DNA of 64,000 nucleotides, from the NCBI GenBank assembly GCA_963801355.1, contig CAWDEM010000008.1:2144001-2208000 (forward strand), given 5' to 3'. This stretch comes from Ignavibacteriota bacterium. Lineage in GTDB: Bacteria > Bacteroidota > Ignavibacteria > UBA10030 > UBA6906. Every line of letters begins with the position of its first letter. Position 1 is the first letter of the stretch. A program made the translations under genes and the position numbers. This document shows, piece after piece, positions 19,805 through 29,682 of the stretch. The notes below the pieces were generated by a model, which did not search any database, was not told the DNA's origin, and saw nothing but the letters and a program-made list of their open reading frames with translations.

Positions 19805-20830
19805 TTATCTGTCCGCCGGACTACAGGAGAACAGATCTCGTTTCAGGGTATATGCCTCCAACGCCGTTGCAGTGGCGGGTGAGACCTGTGTGATAAGGGC
19901 ACCGATGGATGATATTTCCCCGGGGGTAATGACTGCCCGGGAAACCACTTCAACAAGGATCTCCGGCTTCTCAGCACGGCGCGGCCTCTTCTCCGGGAAA
20001 AGGATATCGCTCATCCGCGTGTTGGGATCGACCACGGCGGCTTGACGAACCCCCTGTTCTTCTAACGCACGGAGGAACTCCGGGGCGGTATATCCGTAAT
20101 GTGTGCAGCAAAGCCCCGCCAGCACCGTGCCGGGCTTCCGGGGCAGTTTCTCCAGGGCATCGGCGACAAACATATCTATCGACGATTGCACGATGTCGCC
20201 CCGCGCATCCGCTTCAATCTCGCCGGCAAGATTCGGGCATGCCTGGTTCACCAGGCGTGATGAATCGATGCCCTTCTCGATGAGTAGCCTGCGGTGTGTT
20301 CCCGCTCCGATCGTTGTCTCGGTACCGAAAATGATGGCTGTTGCATCTGCATCCGCCGTCAACCGTTCAAACAGCATCTCCACACCGGTTTCCACTATGC
20401 CGAGTACGGGTATTGAGCCCGCGGCAGCGAAGCGTGTCTCCGGTATCAGGACAGAAAGCGTGTTACAGGCCACCAGAATCACATCGGGCCTATACCAGTG
20501 AGCCATTCCCTGCAGCGCAGCATCAAACACCTGCACTTTCTCCGCCGTGCTATTCATCCGGTTGTATCCCCTGTTCGCTTCGGGTAGGGCGTTGGCGAAC
20601 ACAATCCGCAGCTTCCGGTAAATTCCCGTCTGCCGTGCACGTGATTCCACGTCTGCGCAGACCGAAAGTCCGCCGAGTCCGGAATCGGTCACGAGCACTG
20701 TTATTGAATCTCTCTCCGCCAAACGTCCGATGCGCATACGAACGGAGTCCCTGCCAAGGGACTCTGAGATCGGCACAAGCATCATGAGACCCGCCAGGGT
20801 TGTTGTGAAAGGATGCACTGTATTCCCCAA
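19805..20830 (-). CDS. glutamate/aspartate racemase family protein with N-terminal extension
   Basis: DSGLGGLSV, ACNT and CCTHY motifs provide both catalytic cysteines of MurI-type racemases. Confidence 0.85.
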   Translation of the reverse strand: MGNTVHPFTTTLAGLMMLVPISESLGRDSVRMRIGRLAERDSITVLVTDSGLGGLSVCADVESRARQTGIYRKLRIVFANALPEANRGYNRMNSTAEKVQVFDAALQGMAHWYRPDVILVACNTLSVLIPETRFAAAGSIPVLGIVETGVEMLFERLTADADATAIIFGTETTIGAGTHRRLLIEKGIDSSRLVNQACPNLAGEIEADARGDIVQSSIDMFVADALEKLPRKPGTVLAGLCCTHYGYTAPEFLRALEEQGVRQAAVVDPNTRMSDILFPEKRPRRAEKPEILVEVVSRAVITPGEISSIGALITQVSPATATALEAYTLKRDLFSCSPADR

Positions 20831-20973
20831 TTACCGGTTATTTGCAGCAGGTTTCGAGTTGGCCCATGCGAAAATGTCTGGATTTGGAGGCCGAATATCA
20901 AGTCCCCGATTGTACCTCTCATCTTTAGTGGATATCTTTGCAGTGAGACAGCTCCTCCTTACGCAAGGTGCCT

Positions 20974-22458
20974 ATGCGTCCCAGATGCTTCGTTGCACTC
21001 CTTGTCCCGGTTCTCCTCGCGTCGTTTCTCTTTGCGGAGACACTTCCCCGCCGGACGCTCCTGATCCGCATCGACAACGTGACATCCGATGCGCTCGTGA
21101 AATCGGGCATTCTGGATCTTGATGAGTACGAGTATCGCAGCATAGTTTCCGTGGTGCGTGATACGGCATTCGCGCTCGTGACTCCCGCCGAACTGAACCT
21201 CCTCCGTGAACGCGGTTTCGCGTGCGTGACCGTGGCGGAGGATTCGAGCGAGCTTGCGCTTGTCCGGCGCGCGGTGTACGGCCCCACCCTCCGCCTGGAA
21301 AAACCGTACCACACCTACGCGGAGATCGTCCGGGAGATGGAATCACTGCAGAAAGCGTTCCCCGCCCTCGTCCAGGTTTTTCCGGTCGGGGTCACGACCC
21401 GGACGGAACAACCAATTTATGCAGTCAGGATCACGCGTGACGTCAAGAAGAACAACGCCCGCCCTGCCATTCTGATCAACGGTTGCCACCATAGTGACGA
21501 AGTCCTCGGAGCGGAGATCTGTGTCGCAACGGTGCACGAACTCCTGGAACGGTACGGGACGGATCAGGATGTCTCGCGCTGGGTGGACATGTTCCAGATA
21601 TATATCATCCCGGTGTTGAACGTGGAGGGTCACGACATCGTGACGTCCGGAAAGGATCCGCGATGGCGGAAAAATACGCGCGATACCGACAGCAACGGGG
21701 CGCTGAACTTTCCGGATGGCGTCGACCTCAACAGGAACTATGACTTCAACTGGGCTCATGGAGGCAGCGGGGAACCGTCAAGCGGTCGATATCGTGGTGC
21801 ATTCCCGTTTTCCGAGTCGGAATCACGCGCCTTCGCCGGCCTCGCACAGCAGAAACGCTTCGTTCTCTCCCTGACCTACCACAGCCAGGGGGAAGTCATT
21901 TACTATCCCTGGATCTGGAGCGGGCGCAAAGCTCCGGACGATCTTCTCCTCACGGAGATCGCACACGGTCTCGCCGGCAGCATTCCGACAATGCGTGGTG
22001 ATACGTCGTACAAGGCAGAGTATGGCGCCGGGCTTGTCGGACAATCCTACCCCTGGCTGTACGGAAGACTCGGCACATGTGATTTTGTTGTGGAGACGGG
22101 GAAAGGAGCCAGCATTTTTCCTCCCCATGAAGTTGCGGGAATCGTACGCGCAAATCTCAAGGGAATCCGCTACATGCTTCACCGGGCTGAAGGTCCCGGA
22201 CTTGCGGTGCATGTGATAGATGCCAAAACCGGTATCCCGCTCGAAGCCGCAGTCTGGTTCCCTGCCATAGAAACCGAGGACGTCGACCGACGTACCAGCC
22301 ATCCGGAGACCGGAATGCTCTATCGTCTCCTGAAACCCGGATCGTACACCTTGATTGTATCCAGGCCCGGCTATGGTCCCGTGGTCCTGAACAACATCGC
22401 CGCCGGTGATACGGGTTGGACACCAGTGGAAGTGCGGCTTGAAAAGTCGGGAAGGTGA
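20974..22458 (+). CDS. exported M14 zinc carboxypeptidase
   Basis: Signal peptide; YHTYAEI, HHSDE (HxxE), WRKN, DLNRNY, YHSQG; C-terminal beta-sandwich. Confidence 0.9.
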   Translation: MRPRCFVALLVPVLLASFLFAETLPRRTLLIRIDNVTSDALVKSGILDLDEYEYRSIVSVVRDTAFALVTPAELNLLRERGFACVTVAEDSSELALVRRAVYGPTLRLEKPYHTYAEIVREMESLQKAFPALVQVFPVGVTTRTEQPIYAVRITRDVKKNNARPAILINGCHHSDEVLGAEICVATVHELLERYGTDQDVSRWVDMFQIYIIPVLNVEGHDIVTSGKDPRWRKNTRDTDSNGALNFPDGVDLNRNYDFNWAHGGSGEPSSGRYRGAFPFSESESRAFAGLAQQKRFVLSLTYHSQGEVIYYPWIWSGRKAPDDLLLTEIAHGLAGSIPTMRGDTSYKAEYGAGLVGQSYPWLYGRLGTCDFVVETGKGASIFPPHEVAGIVRANLKGIRYMLHRAEGPGLAVHVIDAKTGIPLEAAVWFPAIETEDVDRRTSHPETGMLYRLLKPGSYTLIVSRPGYGPVVLNNIAAGDTGWTPVEVRLEKSGR

Positions 22459-22488
22459 GATCGACGGGGGCAATTCCAGGGCAGCAGC

Positions 22489-24051
22489 TCACAACAACAC
22501 GAGCTTGCGGGTCTCTTCGATAAAGCCCGCCGGGCCGGCCTCGACACCACCCGATGAACTGCTCGCCGACATCCGGTAGAAATACACGCCGCTCGCGAGC
22601 CCCCTGGCATCAAATGTGGCCGTGTGGTTGCCCGGCATTCTCTCCCCATCCACCAGCACTGCAACCTCACGCCCGAGCAGATCATACACGGCCAGCCTGA
22701 CCCGGCTGGACCCCGGCCCAGGGACACTGAACCCTATCGTCGTGCTTGGATTGAACGGGTTCGGATAATTTTGGAAAAGCTGCACACTCTGCGGCCTCCC
22801 GCCGGCTGCCGCTTCAACTCCGGTTGCTCTGAACGCCGCCTTTATACCGTTCCATATTTCCGAACGCCCGCCTTCGTGGCTAAGCGCCCATATGCCGACT
22901 CCAGCCAGCGCCCGGGCATTGGCGAGGTTGTACTTCAGCGCAAGACTGAGGCTGTCATCGTACCAGACCTGGCGCCATGTCGTCCCTGACATGTAGGTAA
23001 ACCAGGGAACCTGTGTGGTTGCATCGAAGATCTTCCCGTAGGAGCCCGCCATCGGTTCAGCCACAGAATAGACCCGTGAGGAAGCCGTCCCCGTGGCAGC
23101 GGACTTGCGGTCGCCACTTACGACAGGCCAATCAAGTCCGTACCATGGCACACCGAGCAGCAATTTCTGCGGAGGTACTCCGGCGGCAAGATAGGTGTCA
23201 ATGGTCCGTGTGATGTTGTAGTTCTCCCCTGCAAGCGGCGCGACAGGGCCGGCGGTGGTGGATCCGCTCCAGTAGTAATCATACCCCATCACAATCAGAT
23301 AGTCGCATATCTGTCCGAGCTGGACGAAGTCCCATGTACCGGACCAGTCAACTGACGGCGTAGCCATAGAAATTTCGGCGCCGGGGATTGCAGCTTTGAT
23401 CCGTGTTACGGCCCGGCGCATGAACGCAACAAGGTTCGCCCGCTGGGTGTTGCGCACCATTTCGAGGTCAAAATTCACCCCATCCCCGCTCCGTGAGGCA
23501 AGCAGGGAAATCAGTGTCGTCAGCATCTGCTCCTGCTTCAGCGTGTCCCCCAGTATCATGTCGTTCTGGTCGTAGCCGAAATTCGTGACCGTCAGCGTGA
23601 CCTTGACGCCCCGTTCATGTGCATAGCTGATGATCGGCGTTGTATTCCACGCCCGTATTGTTGTGTATCCGCCCGTGGCCGGGTCGGTCTCATAGCTGAA
23701 ATACGCAATATGAGTCAGAGCCGAGTAGTCGAAAGAGAGATATGCGTTGGCTGCAGCCCAGTAGGGATGCCATCCGTATACATACCTGCCAGTTGCGCTA
23801 TTTCCGCCGGACCTGCCGATCAAAGGAACCGGGGCAGCCGGATCACCAGCCGTGGTGATGGTATCATTGCGATGCATCTCTGCTTCTATCTGATGGATAC
23901 CGGAGTGCCAGACTTCTTGTTGTGCGAGGGCAAGCGCGGGCAGGAGGGACAGCAGGAGGAAACCTTGGGATGCAATCGTGTGTGCCACAATCCGTCGGCG
24001 CAGAACGTGCATGCTCCTTGTAAAGATACAACCTGTGCGGTAATTGCGCAT
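22489..24051 (-). CDS. GH18 family protein with T9SS C-terminal domain
   Basis: DGVNFDLE, VMGYDY, KLLLGVPWYG, GVGIWAL; QNYPNPFNPSTTI...ETRKLVLL tail. Confidence 0.9.
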   Translation of the reverse strand: MRNYRTGCIFTRSMHVLRRRIVAHTIASQGFLLLSLLPALALAQQEVWHSGIHQIEAEMHRNDTITTAGDPAAPVPLIGRSGGNSATGRYVYGWHPYWAAANAYLSFDYSALTHIAYFSYETDPATGGYTTIRAWNTTPIISYAHERGVKVTLTVTNFGYDQNDMILGDTLKQEQMLTTLISLLASRSGDGVNFDLEMVRNTQRANLVAFMRRAVTRIKAAIPGAEISMATPSVDWSGTWDFVQLGQICDYLIVMGYDYYWSGSTTAGPVAPLAGENYNITRTIDTYLAAGVPPQKLLLGVPWYGLDWPVVSGDRKSAATGTASSRVYSVAEPMAGSYGKIFDATTQVPWFTYMSGTTWRQVWYDDSLSLALKYNLANARALAGVGIWALSHEGGRSEIWNGIKAAFRATGVEAAAGGRPQSVQLFQNYPNPFNPSTTIGFSVPGPGSSRVRLAVYDLLGREVAVLVDGERMPGNHTATFDARGLASGVYFYRMSASSSSGGVEAGPAGFIEETRKLVLL

Positions 24052-24074
24052 TCTCTCTCTTGGGGTGTCTGTCG

Positions 24075-24103
24075 AATATACGCCGCGACGATACTGATGT
24101 CAA
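24075..24103 (-). promoter_or_regulatory. sigma70-type promoter for the GH18 gene
   Basis: TTGACA-17 nt-TATATT on the minus strand. Confidence 0.7.
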
Positions 24104-24111
24104 CCCACCAC

Positions 24112-24145
24112 AGTTTCACCCTGTCCGGAGTTTCACCCTGTCCGG
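24112..24145. repeat. 17-bp tandem direct repeat in a divergent promoter region
   Basis: AGTTTCACCCTGTCCGG x2, followed by a degenerate partial third unit. Confidence 0.9.
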
Positions 24146-24218
24146 GTTTTCCCTATATTCAAATGAATTCCTATGCGATCTGCATCGATTTCAGTGCACA
24201 CTTCACCGGACAGGCCCG

Positions 24219-25094
24219 ATGAACATGATCCGACACCTTCTTCCTTTTCTCCTGTTGATGGTTTTCGGTAACGCGGCAATAGTGCAGGACACACGCCTCG
24301 CTCCCGGCAAGACATTCATGGTATCCGATATACTTGAGCGTGCAGGCATCGTCGGCACGCACAGCGATTTCCATGGCTACGATTGTTGCGAATTCCTTTT
24401 TGAGGGACGTACAGCAAGGATCGTCCGGCCTTACGTCATGCATGAGGGGCGACCCTGGATCTGGCGCGCGCGCTTTTGGGAACATGAGCCGCAGACGGAA
24501 GTCGCTCTGCTCGCGAAGGGCTTTCACGTCGTCTTCTGTGATGTCTCCGAACTTTATGGCAATCCGGAAGCGATCGGGGTCTGGGACAGATTCTACAGAA
24601 TGCTTGTCGACGCCGGACTATGTAAAAAGGCAGTCCTGGAGGGTCTTAGCCGCGGCGGTATCTATATCTACAGGTGGGCAGCAATGTATCCGGAACGCGT
24701 GGCGTGCGTGTATGCTGACGCGCCCGTCCTCGACGTCCGCAGCTGGCCCGGGGGAAAAGGAAAGAGCGGCGGCAACCCCGAGGAATGGGAGCGGCTGAAG
24801 CGTAACTTCGGACTGCGCACGGAGGAAGAAGCCCTTACGTTCAGGGGAAGTCCGATCGACCTCGCAGACACCCTGGCGCGTGCTGGCTTCCCGATACTCC
24901 ACGTGTGCGGGGATGCTGATCTGACTGTCCCCATGGAAGAAAACACCGATATTTTTGAGCAGCGGATCCTGGCTGCGGGAGGCCGGATCAAAGTCATCCG
25001 GAAACCCGGCGTCGGGCATCATCCTCATAGTCTTGTGGATCCTCAGCCCATCGTCGACTTCATCCTGGAAGCGACGCAACCGGTGTCCAGGTAG
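24219..25094 (+). CDS. exported alpha/beta hydrolase (esterase-like)
   Basis: PWIWRARFW, GLSRGG nucleophile elbow, GDAD..VP, GHHPH. Confidence 0.85.
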   Translation: MNMIRHLLPFLLLMVFGNAAIVQDTRLAPGKTFMVSDILERAGIVGTHSDFHGYDCCEFLFEGRTARIVRPYVMHEGRPWIWRARFWEHEPQTEVALLAKGFHVVFCDVSELYGNPEAIGVWDRFYRMLVDAGLCKKAVLEGLSRGGIYIYRWAAMYPERVACVYADAPVLDVRSWPGGKGKSGGNPEEWERLKRNFGLRTEEEALTFRGSPIDLADTLARAGFPILHVCGDADLTVPMEENTDIFEQRILAAGGRIKVIRKPGVGHHPHSLVDPQPIVDFILEATQPVSR

Positions 25095-25150
25095 CGGCAG
25101 GGCGGGTCCAGCATGAACCCGCTCCACTCGTCGTGTCCTTGCCGGAGATC

Positions 25151-25936
25151 TCAGGTTCGAACCCAGCGCGCCGAGCTCGTTTTTCGCAGGCCCAGCAATT
25201 GAAGAAAGAAATTGAACAGAAAAATCAGATTCTGGACGGTATAGCGTTTGAAGAGACGGAAGAAGTCCTTGCTGAGCAACCGGAACAGCCACTCAAAACC
25301 GGATTTGCGAATGTAGACCGGAGCCATCTTTATCCTTCCGCCAAAGAAGTCAAAGGTTGCACCGGCCGCCAGCATGACGGTCCCTTTGATGCGATAGATG
25401 TGATCCTCTATCCAGTAATCCTGCTTGGGCGTTCCCAGTCCGATGAAAATAATGTCCGGATGCAACGCGTTTATTTCCTGCACAATGTTCTCGTCTTCTT
25501 CCGGGGTCAGGGCTCTGAACGGCGGTGACATCGTGCCGACAATCTGCATATGCGGAAATCTCGCCTCGAGGTTTTCCTTCATCTTGGACAGCACTTCCGG
25601 ACTCCCACCATATAAGTAGAATCTGTAGTTGGTTTCCTTTGCGTGTTCGGCCAATTGGAGTATGATCTCTGCGGCACAGAGATGATCACATGGCATGCGC
25701 AGGATGTACCGGATCCAGTAGACGAACGGAATGCCGTCCACGCCCGCGATATCCGCACCATTGTAGATATTCCGGAGACGCTCGTTCTTTATCGCCAGCG
25801 TGGTGCAGTTCGCATTGATGGTCGCAATGTGAAAAGACCGCTCGGGTTTGCCGGCAAGCCAGCCGTCAATCTTCTTGAGCATCTGTTCATAAGTCATCGC
25901 GTCCAGCCACAGATCCAGAAACTGTGCTGTGTTCAT
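25151..25936 (-). CDS. WecB/TagA/CpsF-family glycosyltransferase
   Basis: DGIP, YLYGG, SPPF, GLGTPKQD, GATFDF, APVYIRKSGFEWLFRL. Confidence 0.93.
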   Translation of the reverse strand: MNTAQFLDLWLDAMTYEQMLKKIDGWLAGKPERSFHIATINANCTTLAIKNERLRNIYNGADIAGVDGIPFVYWIRYILRMPCDHLCAAEIILQLAEHAKETNYRFYLYGGSPEVLSKMKENLEARFPHMQIVGTMSPPFRALTPEEDENIVQEINALHPDIIFIGLGTPKQDYWIEDHIYRIKGTVMLAAGATFDFFGGRIKMAPVYIRKSGFEWLFRLLSKDFFRLFKRYTVQNLIFLFNFFLQLLGLRKTSSARWVRT

Positions 25937-27030
25937 AGGAGGATGTTCCTGTAGATAGTCTCGATCCGTGCCCTGACAATTGATCCGGAAAAATGAGCTT
26001 GTGCATAGGTGTAGTTATAGCGGGAGATATCCTCATACAGGTCACGGCGTTCGTACAACTCGCCGATGAATGCGGCGAACTCCTCGGGATCTTTGCTTTC
26101 CGTCGCGAACCCGTGCTTTCGCTGGACGAAGAAATCCCTGATCCCCCCGACCGATCGCGTCACCACGGGCAACCCGACAGCCATGGCTTCCACGAGGGAA
26201 ATCGGAAAGCCCTCTGAATATGACGGGAGGAATAGCACGGAGCTCCCGGCCAGGAGGTTTTGTTTCTGTCCGGCCTGTATGTAGCCCAGCATCACGGCAG
26301 CATGCAGACCCGATTTCTCCACCCGGGCCCGGACCCTCGCATACTCTTCGCCGTCCCCTGCAACAAGCAGCCGCATGCGCGGATACTTCCGGGTCAATAA
26401 CTCAAACGTCTCCAGCGTTTCGTAAATACCCTTCTCCTTGATGAGCCTTGCAAAGAAGAGAATGTCGAAGGTGCTATTGAGTCGACGGGCGATCGCCTTC
26501 TCGATGGCAAAACCCTCCATGAGTGTTTCTTCAAAAGCAGTCGTCTCAACGACCACTCTGTCTTCCTGAAACCCCCACGCCACCAGCGTTTTCTTGAAGT
26601 CTTGTGCCAGGACAACCGTCGCGTCCGCCTTCCTGAAAATATAACAGAAGAGTCGAAGCCTCCACCCTGTAAGGCTTTCGGCGAAGGGCAGCTCCCAGCC
26701 GTGAAAGAACACCACGGTGTGATTCCCCAACAGATGCCCCCCGATGAACATGAACACCGCATCCCTCCACACTCCCCGGAAGTTCAGTGATGGGTTCACA
26801 TGAATCACATCGAACTTTCCTTGAATGAGAGCCCGTGTAAACCGCAGGTAGTCACCGAGCAGGCGGACGAAGGCAAGATGGAACCCCTTTTCGTCCGGAC
26901 GCCGCCCGTTGATGAAATGTGTGACATCCACCGACTCAAACGGCTCCAGGATCTTGAAGAAACTGGCCACGCCGCCCGGATCCCGCGCATCCGGATGGAC
27001 AATGAGCACTTTCGGTTTTGCTGTCATCAT
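25933..27030 (-). CDS. GT4 glycosyltransferase
   Basis: RLIKEKG, LPSYSEGFPISLVEAMAVGLPVV..SVGGI. Confidence 0.92.
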   Translation of the reverse strand: MMTAKPKVLIVHPDARDPGGVASFFKILEPFESVDVTHFINGRRPDEKGFHLAFVRLLGDYLRFTRALIQGKFDVIHVNPSLNFRGVWRDAVFMFIGGHLLGNHTVVFFHGWELPFAESLTGWRLRLFCYIFRKADATVVLAQDFKKTLVAWGFQEDRVVVETTAFEETLMEGFAIEKAIARRLNSTFDILFFARLIKEKGIYETLETFELLTRKYPRMRLLVAGDGEEYARVRARVEKSGLHAAVMLGYIQAGQKQNLLAGSSVLFLPSYSEGFPISLVEAMAVGLPVVTRSVGGIRDFFVQRKHGFATESKDPEEFAAFIGELYERRDLYEDISRYNYTYAQAHFSGSIVRARIETIYRNILL

Positions 27031-27100
27031 GCAAACATCCTGTGCCTGTGCGGCATCAAGATACTCATAACGTTTTGTCTGTGCAAGATAAGGCGGATAT

Positions 27101-28144
27101 TTAGAAAGAGGAGACAGTGATCATGGCCTTCATGACACCCTCCCTGTAATTCGCCACGAGTTCGAAGGCTTGTGCTGTCTTTTCCAGCGGAAAACGGTGG
27201 GTCACCATTGCATCCATCTCAATCCTGCGAAGAGCGAGCAAGTCAATTGCTTTCTGTGTGCAATGAACCTGTCTGCGAATGTTGATGACGGTGATTTCCT
27301 TCCGCCGCAATTCATGAATAGGGAATGAAATGTCATCCGTCTCCGGAATCCCGATGAGTACCAGACTCCCGCCCGGCTTCAACACTGCGATGGACTGACC
27401 GATTGCCGCCGGGTCACCGCTGCATTCATAGACGATGTCCAGGTGCAGGGGCTCACGGCGTTCAATTTCCCGCACAACGTCAATGCGCTCCGGGTTTCCG
27501 TACCATGCCGGGTGGAGTGGACCTGCCATCGCCAGACGTTCATCACGCTTGTCCGTTATGTACACCGACCCCACGGACGTCGTGCGCAGCATGTGGAACA
27601 CGCACATGCCAATGGGACCGACGCCAATGACGGCAACATTTGCCTTCGCTGTAAGGGGAGACCGTTCGACAGCATACAGAGCAATCGCCAATGGTTCAGA
27701 CAGTGTTGCCTGTTCGAATGTCATTTGCTCAGGCATCGGATAGCAGCATTGTTCAGGGATCACGGCATATTCACGCAGACACCCCTCAAGTTGGAGCGGG
27801 GATCCCATGAAGCGGATTGACCGGCAGGTGTGTTCCCTGCCGGCTGTGCATTGGTCGCACTCTCCACAGGAAACAGCAGGATCAATGGCGATCCGTTGCC
27901 CGGGTTTCACTCTCGCCACGTGAGTTGCGACGCGTTCCACGATGCCCGCCGCCTCATGACCGAGGATGAATGGGAACTGAACAACTTGAGAACCGATCCG
28001 GCCGTGAGTGAAATAATGGATGTCCGATCCGCAGACACCCACGGTTTGAATCTTCACAAGCACGTCGGTGTCATTCACAATCTCGGGATCCGACACTGTT
28101 CGTGTTTCGAATCGTCCTCTTCCCACGAGGAAGGCTGCTTTCAT
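27101..28144 (-). CDS. zinc-dependent polyol/alcohol dehydrogenase (sorbitol DH-like)
   Basis: GVCGSDIH, LGHE, CGECDQC..G..C, EPLA, GVGPIG. Confidence 0.92.
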   Translation of the reverse strand: MKAAFLVGRGRFETRTVSDPEIVNDTDVLVKIQTVGVCGSDIHYFTHGRIGSQVVQFPFILGHEAAGIVERVATHVARVKPGQRIAIDPAVSCGECDQCTAGREHTCRSIRFMGSPLQLEGCLREYAVIPEQCCYPMPEQMTFEQATLSEPLAIALYAVERSPLTAKANVAVIGVGPIGMCVFHMLRTTSVGSVYITDKRDERLAMAGPLHPAWYGNPERIDVVREIERREPLHLDIVYECSGDPAAIGQSIAVLKPGGSLVLIGIPETDDISFPIHELRRKEITVINIRRQVHCTQKAIDLLALRRIEMDAMVTHRFPLEKTAQAFELVANYREGVMKAMITVSSF

Positions 28145-28224
28145 GCCGCTCCTGAAGTTAGTGATAACGATCGGCTTTACCGTCTGCAGGCAAGAAACAA
28201 CAAAGAACGTCAACCTTCCGCTGC

Positions 28225-29595
28225 CTACCGCGTACGCACGTTCATGTCCGTTTCACCGTTGTCAAACTGCCCGATCAATTCTATGACCTTTCCCGTGCTG
28301 TCTCGCCGGAACTGAATGCGAAAGTAGTCAAGCGTCTGGACCATGTACCTGTCCCCTCCCATCGGAATCAGTCGGTACTCCGGCCGACCCTCCCGCCGGT
28401 ACTGCAGCGAACCGTTTTCGAAGCGCACTGAGCGAGGACCGTACGTGCCGGCGCACGCGCGCGCCACGGAATCAGACTGCGCAACAGGATTCATCTCCGC
28501 GGCGAGTCCGTCAAGCAGCCAGACGAGCTTCCCTTTTTTCGACTCGTCCTTCGTCTTCCGGATCAACTCCTTCAACGCTTCGGTGCGGGCAACGAGCAGT
28601 GCCCTCTCTGTAGGAATCTTCAAATCGGGTTCCACTCCCACCCCTTCCCAGTTCGTTCCCGTCACCGGGTTCACCGCGCGACCGTAGGGAACGGAGAGTC
28701 CGACATTCAGGCTCTGAAACACGCACAGATTCACCGGGTGCGCTCCTCCACCCGTGGTTTCTCCAATGATTGTTCCCCGCTTCAGGTTCTTCAGATTATA
28801 GGCGAACTCCTCCGCCCCCGAAAATGTAGACGTACTGGTGAGCACGTACACAGGGATCGCCGTCATCTTCTGCCCCTCCACAAAATCCTGCGTCCAGAAT
28901 TGCTGCGTTGAATCCCCTTTGCGGATGTAGAAACTGTTAAGGTGCACGGGATCTTCAAATAGGTAGCTGGAGATCAGCTGGATCATGGAGGGATTTCCGC
29001 CACCATTCTGGCGAAGGTCAAAAATCAGCGCATCAGAGTGGGCGAGGAAATTCATTGCAGCAATCGCGGTGGCACCGCCGTACTTCGCCTCGGCAAAGAA
29101 GCGAAAGTCAAGGTACCCGATGTTACCGGCAAGGATTTCAACCTTCTGGAAGCCAAAATTCTGCGCGCGGAGCCGTTCGAGCCTTCGCTGTTGCTGCACT
29201 TCCGGCGCGAGTGCTACCTCCTCCCTCTGGCTTCCCGGTGGTATATATCGGACTCCCAGGTGCCTGTCGTGGCTGACGGAGCGAAGGTCTTCGGTCATCC
29301 TCTCTGCAAAGTCGGCAGGATCGGTGATCTCCCGATAGACACCCGCCTTGAGGTTCTTGCGCAGCAAGGCATCCATCTTCTCCGCGACTGCCGGGAAGAC
29401 ATATTCTTCCCGGAGCGCAGCGCTCACGGAGTCAATTATTGAGGCCTGGGTTTTCCGGTCCATGGGCGGCACGGGTGCGGGCTGCTGCTGCCCATGCGTT
29501 TGGAATGCCATGACCGTGAGTAGAAGCAGGGCGATTGGAGCGGGATGGAGAGCAGGTAACCATCTCGGGGCGGAAAACGCGGCTCCATGGATCAT
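28225..29595 (-). CDS. S41 family peptidase (IRBP-like), exported
   Basis: DRHL, NIGYL, DLRQNGGG, TFSGAEEF, GETTGGGAHP, NWEGVGVEPD. Confidence 0.92.
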   Translation of the reverse strand: MIHGAAFSAPRWLPALHPAPIALLLLTVMAFQTHGQQQPAPVPPMDRKTQASIIDSVSAALREEYVFPAVAEKMDALLRKNLKAGVYREITDPADFAERMTEDLRSVSHDRHLGVRYIPPGSQREEVALAPEVQQQRRLERLRAQNFGFQKVEILAGNIGYLDFRFFAEAKYGGATAIAAMNFLAHSDALIFDLRQNGGGNPSMIQLISSYLFEDPVHLNSFYIRKGDSTQQFWTQDFVEGQKMTAIPVYVLTSTSTFSGAEEFAYNLKNLKRGTIIGETTGGGAHPVNLCVFQSLNVGLSVPYGRAVNPVTGTNWEGVGVEPDLKIPTERALLVARTEALKELIRKTKDESKKGKLVWLLDGLAAEMNPVAQSDSVARACAGTYGPRSVRFENGSLQYRREGRPEYRLIPMGGDRYMVQTLDYFRIQFRRDSTGKVIELIGQFDNGETDMNVRTR

Positions 29596-29682
29596 ACCGT
29601 ATGCCTTCCTGGTGAGTGGCCGTGTCGGGAATGTCTATGGCTGCTGTTGCCGGCAAATGTAGATGAGGACCGGTCTTGACTT

